Of a DNA stretch of 64,000 nucleotides, positions 1-9,059 are shown one piece after another. The stretch is from Eubacterium sp. (GTDB taxonomy: Bacteria > Bacillota > Clostridia > Christensenellales > CAG-314). Location: positions 21,244 to 85,243 of the forward strand of contig CAVJWC010000004.1 of the NCBI GenBank assembly GCA_963653425.1, read 5' to 3'. A program made the translations under genes and the position numbers. The notes beneath the pieces were generated by a model. It did no database searches and was not told the DNA's origin. It saw only the letters and a program-made list of their open reading frames with translations. Numbering within the stretch: position 1 is the first letter of the stretch; the number at the start of each line of letters is the position of its first letter.

Positions 1-669
1 AGAGTAGACAAAGAAAACACCACTATAGTTGACGGCGCAGGCGATAAGAACGCTATCGGCGACAGAATCAAACAGATCAAGAGCGCGATTGCCGCAACCA
101 CGAGCGAATACGACAAGGAAAAACTTCAGGAACGTCTTGCAAAACTCGCAGGCGGTGTTGCCGTTATCAGCGTAGGCGCAGCTACCGAAGTCGAACTTAA
201 AGAAAAGAAACTCAGAATCGAAGACGCTCTTGCAGCAACCAGAGCAGCAGTGGAAGAAGGTATCGTTCCCGGTGGCGGAGTTGCTCTTCTTTCGGCTCTT
301 CCCGCAATCAGACTTCTTCAGGACAGCCTCGAAGGCGACGAAAAGACGGGTGCGTCGGTTATCGCTTCGGCAATTCAGGCTCCCATTAAGCAGATCGCAA
401 GCAACGCAGGTCTTGACGGAAGCGTTATTATCTACAAAGTTCTGAGCGACGGTCAGGGCAGACCTAACTACGGTTACGACGCTCTTAAAGACAGATACGT
501 AGATATGGTAGCCGAAGGCATTATCGATCCTACCAAGGTTACGAGATCGGCTCTTCAGAACGCGGCAAGCGTAGCAAGCACTCTTCTTACCACCGAATCC
601 GTTGTATGTGACCTTCCCGAACCTCAGGCAGCTCCCGCAGCTCCCGATATGGGCGGAGGAATGTACTAA
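1..669 (+). CDS. groL: Chaperonin GroEL, C-terminal ~222 aa (5' end lies outside the window)
   Basis: Frame-1 translation from nt 1 reads ...[49 protein letters not shown]... and ends ...APDMGGGMY*, with the typical GGM tail. The ORF-track entry 250..669 starts at an internal Met. Confidence 0.95.
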   Translation, partial: RVDKENTTIVDGAGDKNAIGDRIKQIKSAIAATTSEYDKEKLQERLAKLAGGVAVISVGAATEVELKEKKLRIEDALAATRAAVEEGIVPGGGVALLSALPAIRLLQDSLEGDEKTGASVIASAIQAPIKQIASNAGLDGSVIIYKVLSDGQGRPNYGYDALKDRYVDMVAEGIIDPTKVTRSALQNAASVASTLLTTESVVCDLPEPQAAPAAPDMGGGMY

Positions 670-740
670 GCCGTAAATTCGGAGAAATGTACCAAGCCGT
701 AAATCCGGACGCACACAATATTATACAAAACCTCATTCAA

Positions 741-774
741 GGCTCTTTCCGTTTTTCGGAAGGAGCCTTTTTTA
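741..774 (+). terminator. Intrinsic terminator of groEL
   Basis: Hairpin ggctctttcc / ggaaggagcc followed by TTTTTT. Confidence 0.7.
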
Positions 775-777
775 TAA

Positions 778-955
778 GCCTTCCATTCTTCATAACCGAT
801 TATTTTTACGGGAACAAATCGGTTTATCCGTCGTTAAACTCCTTTATGCGTATTTTCCCCTAAGTTAAATATATCTCATTTTCCCCTTACTTAATTTATA
901 TATCGCTTTGTCGTGACAACGGAAAACAGCGGAAGCCGATTTGTTCCGTTAAGCT
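778..955 (+). repeat. MITE-like dispersed element, variant copy (left end conserved, own internal long inverted repeat)
   Basis: The left end gccttccattcttcataaccgattatttttacgggaacaaatcggtt is almost identical to 16362-16410. An internal inverted repeat pairs acgggaacaaatcgg (808-822) with ccgatttgttccgt (936-949). The copy begins 4 nt after the terminator T-tract. Confidence 0.45.
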
Positions 956-1115
956 ATTTTTTGTTAAAATAATAAAAAATAGCTACGTACAGCATATTTT
1001 TATTTGTGAAATATGCCAAATAGGGACGTTTCGGAAGAGTAAAATACGATATGCAAAACTTCTATAAAGCGGACGTTTTCTCAGGGCGTTCGGAGGGGGT
1101 GGCGTAAGAATGATG

Positions 1116-1130
1116 TTGGCAATATGCCAA
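1116..1130. promoter_or_regulatory. Perfect 15-bp palindrome TTGGCAATATGCCAA (candidate operator)
   Basis: Dyad symmetry seen directly. The identical site is conserved upstream of the paralogue at 16824-16838. Confidence 0.4.
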
Positions 1131-1170
1131 GATAAAAACCTGTTATTAAGGGATTTCACTTGCTTATTGA

Positions 1171-1185
1171 TTGGCATTTTGCCAC
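1171..1185. promoter_or_regulatory. Second TGGCA-N3-TGCCA dyad (TTGGCATTTTGCCAC), candidate operator
   Basis: Its centre lies 55 bp from the first dyad. The same sequence and spacing occur at 16879-16893. Confidence 0.4.
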
Positions 1186-1244
1186 TATGTTGAACGGCTA
1201 ATATTGTATTGTAATTTCGCTTTAACTAAATTGCAAAAAAAATC

Positions 1245-1273
1245 TTGACACCATTCAAAATTGGTGCTATTAT
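1245..1273 (+). promoter_or_regulatory. Sigma-70-type promoter of the protease-LRR gene
   Basis: TTGACA (1245-1250), 17-bp spacer, TATTAT (1268-1273), with an A-tract just upstream. It is conserved at 16952-16980. Confidence 0.6.
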
Positions 1274-1352
1274 GTATTTATACAATGGGTGGCTGTTTAT
1301 TCTCTCTATAAAGTTGCCCCGTATAACAAACTCAACTGAGGAGGAAAACAAG

Positions 1353-4300
1353 ATGCAAAGAAAAAGCTTAATAGCTGTTTTGCTTGTCGCAATGGTATTA
1401 CTGCTCATATCGTGCAGTTCGCTTCAAATTGACAAGCCGAACGTTATCGACTCGGATAACACTTCTGCCCGCTTCTCGCGGTCTTTACTGAAAGCGGCGC
1501 AGTTCCTTAACGGCGGAACGTCCGAAACACAAACGGATACGTCCGCTCTTCCTTCTAAGGACGACGAAGTTTACGTTACCGTAAAACTCGGTAGCGGTAT
1601 CGTCGATTCTTATTTTAACAGCGGATTTACGAGCGTTGCGGACTACGCACTTTCCAAAGAAGGCGAAGCCATGATCAGCGACTTTACCGCTCAGCAGGAC
1701 TCGGTTATAGCTTTAATGAGAGACAAGAAGCTTACCACCGAAATCAAGCATCGTTACAACATTCTCCAGAACGGTTTCGCAGCTAAAATCAAATTCGGCG
1801 ACATCGAAACCGTAAAGGCTCTTCCGGGCGTAAAACAGGTCGTTCTCGCAGAAGAGTACTCCATTCCGGAAGTTTCTTCAAAAGCTTTGGCTGCTTCCTT
1901 TGCAGACACGGGTATTTTCAATAACCCCACGAATTACGCAGGAGCAGGAACGGTTATAGCTATTCTGGATACGGGTATCTATCCCGAACACAGCGCGTTT
2001 GCAACCGCACCTTCCGTCGAAGCCATTAACTACGAATACGTAGAGAAAATACTTTCCGTTACCAATGCGGGCGAAAGAGGCGCAACGGCAGAAACAGCTT
2101 ATTACAGCGCAAAGATTCCTTTCGCTTTCAACTACGCGGACGCTAACGAAATATATTATCCCGACTTTATGGACATCTTTGCAGGTCACTCGCACGGCAC
2201 GCACGTTGCGGGTATCGCGGCAGGTAACGACGACACCATAAAGGGCGCTGCCTGGGACGCTCAGCTCGCGGTTATGAGAGTATTCGGCGCGGCAAGTCAG
2301 GGCGCTAACGACGTCGACATTTACGCTGCCGTAGAAGACTGCGTGCTTCTCGGCGTTCAGGTTGCTAACCTTTCGCTCGGCAGTAACTGCGGTTTCGCTT
2401 ACGAAAAGGCAGAACAGAATCAGTTCGTAAACGACATAGTAGCTCTTGCAAGAAAAGCAGGTCTCACTATGTGTTGCGCAACGGGTAACGTCGGTACGGC
2501 TTGGTGGTATTCGGATACTTTGGCTTCGTTCTCCGCCGTTGACGATCCCGATAACGGCACCATAAGTTCTCCCGCATCCTACGACGGAACCTTCGCTGTA
2601 GGTTCCGCAAACAATCTCGTAAAAGTCTACATCGACTTCAACGGCACGAGAATGATCGGCAGAAACGGCGTTGCGGACTCCGAAACGAGCAGAGAAATCG
2701 ACTTCTTCGCTATTCTTGACGGCAAAGACGAAGCAACCTTCGAATACGTGGCAGTTCCCGGAACGGGCGCACCCGAAGATTACGACGGACTTGACGTTAA
2801 AGGTAAGATCGCTCTCGTTCAGAGAGGCGAACTCTCCTTTGCAGAAAAGGTTCAGAACGCAAAGGATAAAGGCGCGATAGCTTGTATTCTTTACGACAAC
2901 GTAGCCGAAACAATAGAAAAGTTCGGTGCGGTCGTAGGTGAAGACGCTATTCCCACCATGGCTATCACTCTTGAGGACGGCACCACGCTTGTTAACGCAC
3001 AGGACAAACGCATTACCGTTAACGCTTCCAACTATTTCGTAGACTATTCTTACTTCTCCTCGATGGGTGCTCTTAACGATCTTTCCATCGGCGTAGATAT
3101 TCTCGGTATAGGCGCAGGCGTTTACTCTGCGGTTCCCCAGTATTACGACTGGCTTCAGGGTACCAACGGTTACGACTACATGGACGGTACCTCCATGGCA
3201 ACCCCCAACGTTTCGGGCGTTATGGCTGTTCTTAAAGGATACCTTAAACAGACCTATCCGAATAAGACTCCCGCCGAAATCTCAGCGCTTGCTATGCAAC
3301 GTCTTATGAGTACGGCTATTCTTCTTGAAAATGCCGAAGGCAATCCCATCACCCCCAGAAGACAGGGTTCGGGTCTTGCAGACATCGAAAGAGCCATTGA
3401 AACCGACGCATATATTACGGTAACAGGCTCCGACAGAACAAAACTTAATTTGGGTAGCGACACCGAGAGAGACGGTATCTACACCCTTAACTTCAACGTA
3501 GTAAACGACGGCGAAAACGCTCTCGGTTATAAACTCAACGTACTTACTTTCACAGAATCCGCAGTAACCGGTAAATCCATAAACTACACCTTAAAGGGCG
3601 CGGATAAACTCATGATTGCCGAAAAAGCTTATATGCTTGACGGCGCAGAAGTTAAGTATTACGTGAACGGCACGCTTCTCGAAGGCGACGAAATCACCGT
3701 GGAAGCAGGCGAAAAACTCAAGATCAAAGCCGTTATCACTCTTACGGAAGAAAACAAAGCTTACATGAACGAAACCTTCCCCAACGGTATTTACGTTGAA
3801 GGTTTTGCCGTTCTCGAAAGCACCGACGAAGAAGGCATCGACCTTCACATTCCGTACATATCTTTCTACGGCGACTGGATGAATCTTCCCGCATACGAAC
3901 CCACGGCTTCCGACGGAGCAGTTCCGACTTGGGGTAACTACTTCGGTCTTGGTTTCACGGTTTGGGAAGACGCAGGCAACGGCTGGCTTATGGGACAGGA
4001 AATTCAGGCAGGCGTATATTCTTACAGCCTTCCCGAAGGATACAAAGCTCCTACGGCTAATGCAGACAAAGCCGCTATCGGCAGAGGCGTTGACGAAAAC
4101 GGATACTTCGACGGAACGGTAGTTCTCAACACTCTCAGCCTCGCTATCAAACGTAACGCTTCGGCTATTTACATCAATTACATCAAGACCGACGTTAACG
4201 AAAGCCTCGGTCAGGACGTTTTCTATAACATCGGTAAAGCTTGCATAGGCACTAACGCCGGATATTCGCTCACTTTCACCGGATTCTATCCCGAAGCGAT

Positions 4301-7300
4301 GATGCTCGCAAACAACGAAGAGATTCTCTTCAGCTTCACCTACGACTTCAACGATAAGCCCGTCGGTCAGGTTGTGAATATGCCCGTATTCGTAGACCTC
4401 GAAGCTCCCACCCTTGAAAAAGCTGCCTGGAGAACGGAAGAAGGCAGAACTTACCTCGATCTTACCGTTTACGACAACCATTACCTTCAGGCAACCGGTC
4501 TTCTTACCTACGGAACGGAAGACAGTTACAATAAACTCTACAAATACATGTTCCCGTGCTACGGCGACGTAAGAAACGGTAGCTACTCCTACTCGATAGA
4601 CGTTACCGACTATCTTGCAGACGTTGTAAATAACACCTTTGCCGTTCAGCTCGTGGACTACGCAAGAAACGCTTCCGTTTACGAAATCGAACTTCCCGGT
4701 AGCGGTGAAAACAACGCAAACGCAGTTATTACAGGCAACGAAAACCGCACTCTTGCAGTTAAATACCGCACCGACAACGTTGTGGTTTACTACGACGTAA
4801 ACGATCCTTCCTATACGGAAATCCGCACCAACTACAGCTACGACAGCACTAACGTAAACAACGCGGTCGTTAACTCCGAAAGCGGAGACGAATTCGTTAT
4901 CGAAAACGGCGTTCTTACGGCTTATAACGGCGAAGGCGGAGAAGTTATAGTTCCCGACGGCGTTACCGCAATCGGCGAATACGTCTTCAGTGGCGACAGC
5001 AGAATCACCAAGCTCGTTCTTCCCGAAGGTCTTAAGACTATAGGTGCATACTCTGTTATGAATCTTTATAACCTTACCGAGATCGTTCTTCCCAAGTCGC
5101 TCGAAAGACTGGAATACGGTTCTTTCAGTACTCTTCCCAAGATTACGTCTCTTGACCTCGAAAACACCGGTCTTAACTATGCGAACAACGCTCTCAACGG
5201 TATAACTTCGGTTAAGACGCTTACCTTCCCCAAGACGGATACTCCTCTTTCCATAAACTTCTCGCTGGCTGTATGGTATAATCTCGAAAAGGTTACCTTC
5301 CTCGGCGACATCGAGTCTATGACGGCTACCGTTATGTTCAACGACGCCATTAAAGAAGTTGAATTTATGGGTAACGTTAAGGCTATCGATCCCTCAGGCG
5401 GAGGTTTGACTTTATCTCTGACAACGTGCGATAAGCTCGAAAGAATAGTCTTCCGCGGCACCGTAGGACAACTCGGCGGCGTTCTGGTTGAGGATTGGGG
5501 CGACTTTATTTCCGTAGATTACAGTCAGTCTGCATCTTCTCTTATGAGTCTTAAAGAAGTTATCTTCGAAAAAGACGTAGAAACCATCGACGGTTTCGCA
5601 TTCGCAAACTGCCCGAAACTTACAAGCGTATCTTTCGGCGGAACTATCGGTTCTATCGGTAACGGAGCATTCGGCGGAAGCGACATGCTTTACGGCGGTT
5701 TCACCGTACTTGAAGGCAACGATAAGCTCGTTAAAGACGAAAACGGTATCGTTTACAACGCAGAAAAGACCGTTATGTATAAACCCTTTGCCTGGGACTA
5801 TGACGGTATACTCGAACTGCCCGAAACCATAACCGAACTTAACGAAAGAGAATTCTCCATTCCCGAAATGATTCCCGATTACTCCAAACCGGATTTCGGT
5901 ATCCGTTCCGAAGAAGAAGGCGGAGGCTTCTATTGGTCCATAAGCTCCATGTTCAGTTCTGCCGACTACTACAAGACGCTTCTTAAGGGCGTTAAACTCG
6001 GAAGTCAGATAAAGACTTTACCCGCATATTGCTTCTATCATAACTACAACTTCGCGGAAATCAACCTCGAGAACATCGAAGTATTCGAAACGCAGTCCCT
6101 TGCGGGAACGGCTATCACCAGCTTCAAAACAACCGAAAACACCAAGAAGATCGGCGCGGGCGTATGGATGGAATGCCGTAACCTCACCGAAATCGTTATC
6201 GGCGAAGACGTCGAAGTAGAATCCTATAGCGCTTTCTATTACGGCACAGGTTTCGTTGAAATCGAAGTTCCCGAATATATCACCGCAGACGTTCCTTATC
6301 TGTTCGCAGAGTGCGAAAAACTCGAAAAGGTAACCTTCCTCAACACCGATTCTCAGACGATAGGTAACGGTTCGTTCCACGGTACGATTTCTCTTAAAGA
6401 AATTATAGGTATTGACAACGTAACCGCTATCGGCGAGTACGCATTCATCCAGACGGGTCTTACTCATCTCGAACTCGAAAACGTAACGACTATCGCAGGT
6501 ACGGCGTTTACCAATGCAAGCAAACTCGAATCGGTTTACTTCCCGGCTCTCGAAACCATCGAATCGGTAATGAGTTGGAGCGGTGAAACCTACAGCGCGT
6601 TTGCATACTGCACGTCGCTTAAATCCTTCTACATCGGCGAAAACCTCGGTTACTTCGATCCCGTAGGAACGTTCGAAGGTTGCGAATCTCTCGAAGAAAT
6701 CAACGTTCACGAAAACAACGAATACTTTGCTTCGGTAGAAGGCGTACTCTTCAACAAAGCGGAAACCGAGCTTATTCTCTATCCCGCTTCCAGCACCGCA
6801 ACCGAACTCGAACTGCCCGACACCATCAAGGCGATTAACGCAGGAACGTTTATGGGCGCGCCCAACCTCGAAAAAGTAGTTATGCCCGCGGTCGAAACCA
6901 TCGGCGCAAACGCATTCGCTTACTCGGCGGTTAAGGAAGTTGTCGTAAGCGACGCTCTCGTCGAAATCGGCTTAGGCGCGTTCAGAAATACCGCTATAAG
7001 CGAGTTTGATCTTTCCGACGTACTCGTTATCGACGACAACGCGTTCTATGCAAGCAAACTTACCGAAGTTACCCTGAATAAGGCTGAATACCTTGGAATC
7101 AGAGCTTTCGGCTCGATCGAAACGCTCGAAAAAGTAACGCTCGGCGCGCTTGATGAATTCAACTTCTCCAGAGTATTCTTCGGTTCCACCAACATCTCTT
7201 CCGTAGAACTTAACGGCTGTGAAGTTCTCACCGAATTCGAAGACGGACTTTACAACGCAGACAAGACCGTTCTCTACAGATACTTCGGAACGGAAGCAAA

Positions 7301-7634
7301 CGTAACTCTTCCCGAAGGAATCGTTAAGATCGATTCTCACGCATTTGCAGGCAACAAGAACATCAAATCAGTAGTTCTTCCCGCAAGCCTCGGATATATC
7401 GCTGACGGCGTGTTCTACGGATGCACTGCTCTTACCGAAATCACCTTCAACTCCGAAAAGGCACCCGTTCTGCAGAACTATTACAGAGACGGCGTAAGAT
7501 ACCTCTATAACCAGTTCGTAAACGATCTCGAAGAAGCAAACGGAAACGAAGGCGTTAAGATTTATGTAAGCAATGACGCATCTTACAACACCTACATCTG
7601 GAGAACTTATTTCAAAAACATAATCGTAAAATAA
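1353..7634 (+). CDS. Giant surface lipoprotein: subtilisin-like S8 serine protease (propeptide-like region, PA insert) fused to a long BspA-type leucine-rich-repeat region, copy 1 (~2,093 aa)
   Basis: The start is taken as ATG 1353, with GAGGAGG at 1338-1344. The N-terminus MQRKSLIAVLLVAMVLLLISC is a signal peptide plus lipobox. Catalytic motifs are AILDTGI, HGTHVAG and GTSMATP. The PA-like insert reads GKIALVQRGELSFAEKVQNAKDKGA. The C-terminal ~1,100 aa contain recurrent LRR_5-like units (e.g. VIVPDGVTAIGEYVFSGDSRITKLVLPEGLKTIGAYS...). Confidence 0.85.
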   Translation: MQRKSLIAVLLVAMVLLLISCSSLQIDKPNVIDSDNTSARFSRSLLKAAQFLNGGTSETQTDTSALPSKDDEVYVTVKLGSGIVDSYFNSGFTSVADYALSKEGEAMISDFTAQQDSVIALMRDKKLTTEIKHRYNILQNGFAAKIKFGDIETVKALPGVKQVVLAEEYSIPEVSSKALAASFADTGIFNNPTNYAGAGTVIAILDTGIYPEHSAFATAPSVEAINYEYVEKILSVTNAGERGATAETAYYSAKIPFAFNYADANEIYYPDFMDIFAGHSHGTHVAGIAAGNDDTIKGAAWDAQLAVMRVFGAASQGANDVDIYAAVEDCVLLGVQVANLSLGSNCGFAYEKAEQNQFVNDIVALARKAGLTMCCATGNVGTAWWYSDTLASFSAVDDPDNGTISSPASYDGTFAVGSANNLVKVYIDFNGTRMIGRNGVADSETSREIDFFAILDGKDEATFEYVAVPGTGAPEDYDGLDVKGKIALVQRGELSFAEKVQNAKDKGAIACILYDNVAETIEKFGAVVGEDAIPTMAITLEDGTTLVNAQDKRITVNASNYFVDYSYFSSMGALNDLSIGVDILGIGAGVYSAVPQYYDWLQGTNGYDYMDGTSMATPNVSGVMAVLKGYLKQTYPNKTPAEISALAMQRLMSTAILLENAEGNPITPRRQGSGLADIERAIETDAYITVTGSDRTKLNLGSDTERDGIYTLNFNVVNDGENALGYKLNVLTFTESAVTGKSINYTLKGADKLMIAEKAYMLDGAEVKYYVNGTLLEGDEITVEAGEKLKIKAVITLTEENKAYMNETFPNGIYVEGFAVLESTDEEGIDLHIPYISFYGDWMNLPAYEPTASDGAVPTWGNYFGLGFTVWEDAGNGWLMGQEIQAGVYSYSLPEGYKAPTANADKAAIGRGVDENGYFDGTVVLNTLSLAIKRNASAIYINYIKTDVNESLGQDVFYNIGKACIGTNAGYSLTFTGFYPEAMMLANNEEILFSFTYDFNDKPVGQVVNMPVFVDLEAPTLEKAAWRTEEGRTYLDLTVYDNHYLQATGLLTYGTEDSYNKLYKYMFPCYGDVRNGSYSYSIDVTDYLADVVNNTFAVQLVDYARNASVYEIELPGSGENNANAVITGNENRTLAVKYRTDNVVVYYDVNDPSYTEIRTNYSYDSTNVNNAVVNSESGDEFVIENGVLTAYNGEGGEVIVPDGVTAIGEYVFSGDSRITKLVLPEGLKTIGAYSVMNLYNLTEIVLPKSLERLEYGSFSTLPKITSLDLENTGLNYANNALNGITSVKTLTFPKTDTPLSINFSLAVWYNLEKVTFLGDIESMTATVMFNDAIKEVEFMGNVKAIDPSGGGLTLSLTTCDKLERIVFRGTVGQLGGVLVEDWGDFISVDYSQSASSLMSLKEVIFEKDVETIDGFAFANCPKLTSVSFGGTIGSIGNGAFGGSDMLYGGFTVLEGNDKLVKDENGIVYNAEKTVMYKPFAWDYDGILELPETITELNEREFSIPEMIPDYSKPDFGIRSEEEGGGFYWSISSMFSSADYYKTLLKGVKLGSQIKTLPAYCFYHNYNFAEINLENIEVFETQSLAGTAITSFKTTENTKKIGAGVWMECRNLTEIVIGEDVEVESYSAFYYGTGFVEIEVPEYITADVPYLFAECEKLEKVTFLNTDSQTIGNGSFHGTISLKEIIGIDNVTAIGEYAFIQTGLTHLELENVTTIAGTAFTNASKLESVYFPALETIESVMSWSGETYSAFAYCTSLKSFYIGENLGYFDPVGTFEGCESLEEINVHENNEYFASVEGVLFNKAETELILYPASSTATELELPDTIKAINAGTFMGAPNLEKVVMPAVETIGANAFAYSAVKEVVVSDALVEIGLGAFRNTAISEFDLSDVLVIDDNAFYASKLTEVTLNKAEYLGIRAFGSIETLEKVTLGALDEFNFSRVFFGSTNISSVELNGCEVLTEFEDGLYNADKTVLYRYFGTEANVTLPEGIVKIDSHAFAGNKNIKSVVLPASLGYIADGVFYGCTALTEITFNSEKAPVLQNYYRDGVRYLYNQFVNDLEEANGNEGVKIYVSNDASYNTYIWRTYFKNIIVK

Positions 7635-7728
7635 GCGATTTAATTAAAACCAAATCGTAAAACAAGCGATTAAGCAACAACAACCAATCGTAAAAGCGAT
7701 TAAATAGCCAATCGCAAAACAAACGATT
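7622..7728 (+). repeat. Four imperfect copies of AATCG-N6-9-CGATT (aatcgtaaaa..agcgatt), starting on the last codons and stop of the protease gene
   Basis: Units lie at 7622-7640, 7653-7671, 7686-7701 and 7710-7728. A homologous array with five units lies at 23342-23474. Confidence 0.6.
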
Positions 7729-7747
7729 AAACAAGCCGAAAGGCGAA

Positions 7748-7774
7748 GGCTCCGCATTTGCGGAGCCTTTTTTA
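7748..7774 (+). terminator. Intrinsic terminator
   Basis: ggctccgc-attt-gcggagcc followed by TTTTTT. An identical copy lies at 23494-23520. Confidence 0.8.
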
Positions 7775-7957
7775 TGAGGAAATACATTTATTGCAACTGT
7801 TGACAGAAATTCGTTTATTGAAATCGTTTATCGTAAAATACGGCTATTAAAACTATATATCCGTGCGGTCAGGTGAAGAAAGTTATCGTTGTTTTTGCGT
7901 AATTCCATATAAATTAAGCGCAAAAAGCAAGCTTTTCGAAAAACGAGGTTTTTATCG

Positions 7958-7986
7958 TTGACAAAAAGCGCGCGGAATGATAGTAT
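7958..7986 (+). promoter_or_regulatory. Sigma-70-type promoter of bioY
   Basis: TTGACA (7958-7963), 17-bp spacer, TAGTAT (7981-7986). Confidence 0.5.
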
Positions 7987-8014
7987 AAATCCAGCGAAAA
8001 AACGGAAGGTCTCA

Positions 8015-8734
8015 ATGAAAAACGAAGAAAACAACAAGCTTTCGGAAAAGGAAGAAAGCAACGATTTCTCGGAAAGAGAAGAAAAAGAAGGAAACGACGC
8101 TTTTCTTAAAAACGAAGAAAACGACAACTCCGAAAACCAAAAACGACAAGATAACGAAAACGCAAAACAATCCCGAAGCAAATTCTCGGATTCGGCAAAA
8201 AACGTCGTGTTTATAGGCTTATTCAGCGCGTTGACCGCAATCGGTGCGTTCATAAGGTTTCCTCTCGGCGCAATGAGCTTTACCATGCAATTCCTGTTTA
8301 CCGCGCTTGCGGGCGTGCTTCTCGGCGCGAAAAAAGGCGCGATTTCGCAGGCGGTCTACGTTTTTATAGGACTTATAGGCGTTCCGATTTTCACTCAGGG
8401 CGGAGGTTTCGGATACGTGCTTCAACCCAGTTTCGGCTTTCTTTTAGGGCTGATTCCGTCGGCTTTCGTTATCGGTAAGCTCACGGAAAAACGCAAAACT
8501 TTCCTATCCGTTGCGCTTGCCTGCCTTGCGGGACTGGGCGTGCTTTACCTCGTCGGACTGCCCTATATGTACGCAATCCTCACGCTCTACCTTAGCAAAA
8601 CTCTTTCCGTGTGGACGGCTGTCAAAACGGGTATGCTGGTGTATCTCCCGGGCGACGCCGTGAAAATCATAGTAACGACGGTAATTTCCGTACCGCTCCT
8701 CAAAAACCCCGTAATAGAAAGATTGAGCAGGTAA
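8015..8734 (+). CDS. bioY: BioY-family biotin transporter S-component with an acidic low-complexity N-terminal extension
   Basis: The core ...FSALTAIGAFIRFPLGAMSFTMQFLFTALAGVLLGAKKGAISQAVYVFIGLIGVPIFTQGGGFGYVLQPSFGFLLGLIPSAF... is BioY-like. ATG 8015 is preceded by GGAAGG. The TTG at 7958 in the ORF track is the promoter -35. Confidence 0.8.
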   Translation: MKNEENNKLSEKEESNDFSEREEKEGNDAFLKNEENDNSENQKRQDNENAKQSRSKFSDSAKNVVFIGLFSALTAIGAFIRFPLGAMSFTMQFLFTALAGVLLGAKKGAISQAVYVFIGLIGVPIFTQGGGFGYVLQPSFGFLLGLIPSAFVIGKLTEKRKTFLSVALACLAGLGVLYLVGLPYMYAILTLYLSKTLSVWTAVKTGMLVYLPGDAVKIIVTTVISVPLLKNPVIERLSR

Positions 8735-8757
8735 GGCTTGCTCTTCCGTTGCTCTAA

Positions 8758-8856
8758 CTGATTACAGATAAAGAACGTTTAGCTTTCCGTTCTGATTACA
8801 GACAAAGAACGCTTAGCTTTCCGTTATAATTACCGATAAAGAACGCAAGGTTTAGT
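8758..8856. repeat. 34-bp tandem repeat, ~2.9 copies (ctgattacagataaagaacgtttagctttccgtt)
   Basis: Units start at 8758, 8792 and 8826. Each contains gataaagaacg, which resembles the right end of the MITE-like family. Confidence 0.7.
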
Positions 8857-8884
8857 TGATTTTGCTGAATAAGCGATATAAAGA

Positions 8885-8923
8885 AATTCCGACGGCGTGA
8901 GCTTTCGGAATTTTCGTTTTTTT
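8885..8923 (+). terminator. Intrinsic terminator after bioY
   Basis: aattccga...tcggaatt hairpin followed by a T-rich tract. Confidence 0.7.
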
Positions 8924-9059
8924 GGAATAATAGTATGCGTTCCGTTTGAATACCCGAAGCTTAAATCGTCTTCCCGTAAAAAAATTTGCGTTAAGTGTTG
9001 AAAAATTTTTATAGATATAGTATAATAAATACGGAAGGTACGATTGTCGGAGGATATGA

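Noticed and set aside
1171-1185. TGGCA...TTGC-like sequence as a sigma-54 (-24/-12) promoter
   Set aside because: The GG-to-GC spacing is 8 nt instead of the ~12 nt required. The sequence is a symmetric dyad, and a good sigma-70 promoter lies downstream.
7958-8014. TTG 7958 as the bioY start (ORF-track start)
   Set aside because: That TTG is part of a TTGACA -35 box with a properly spaced -10. ATG 8015 has an RBS (GGAAGG) and is the plausible start.
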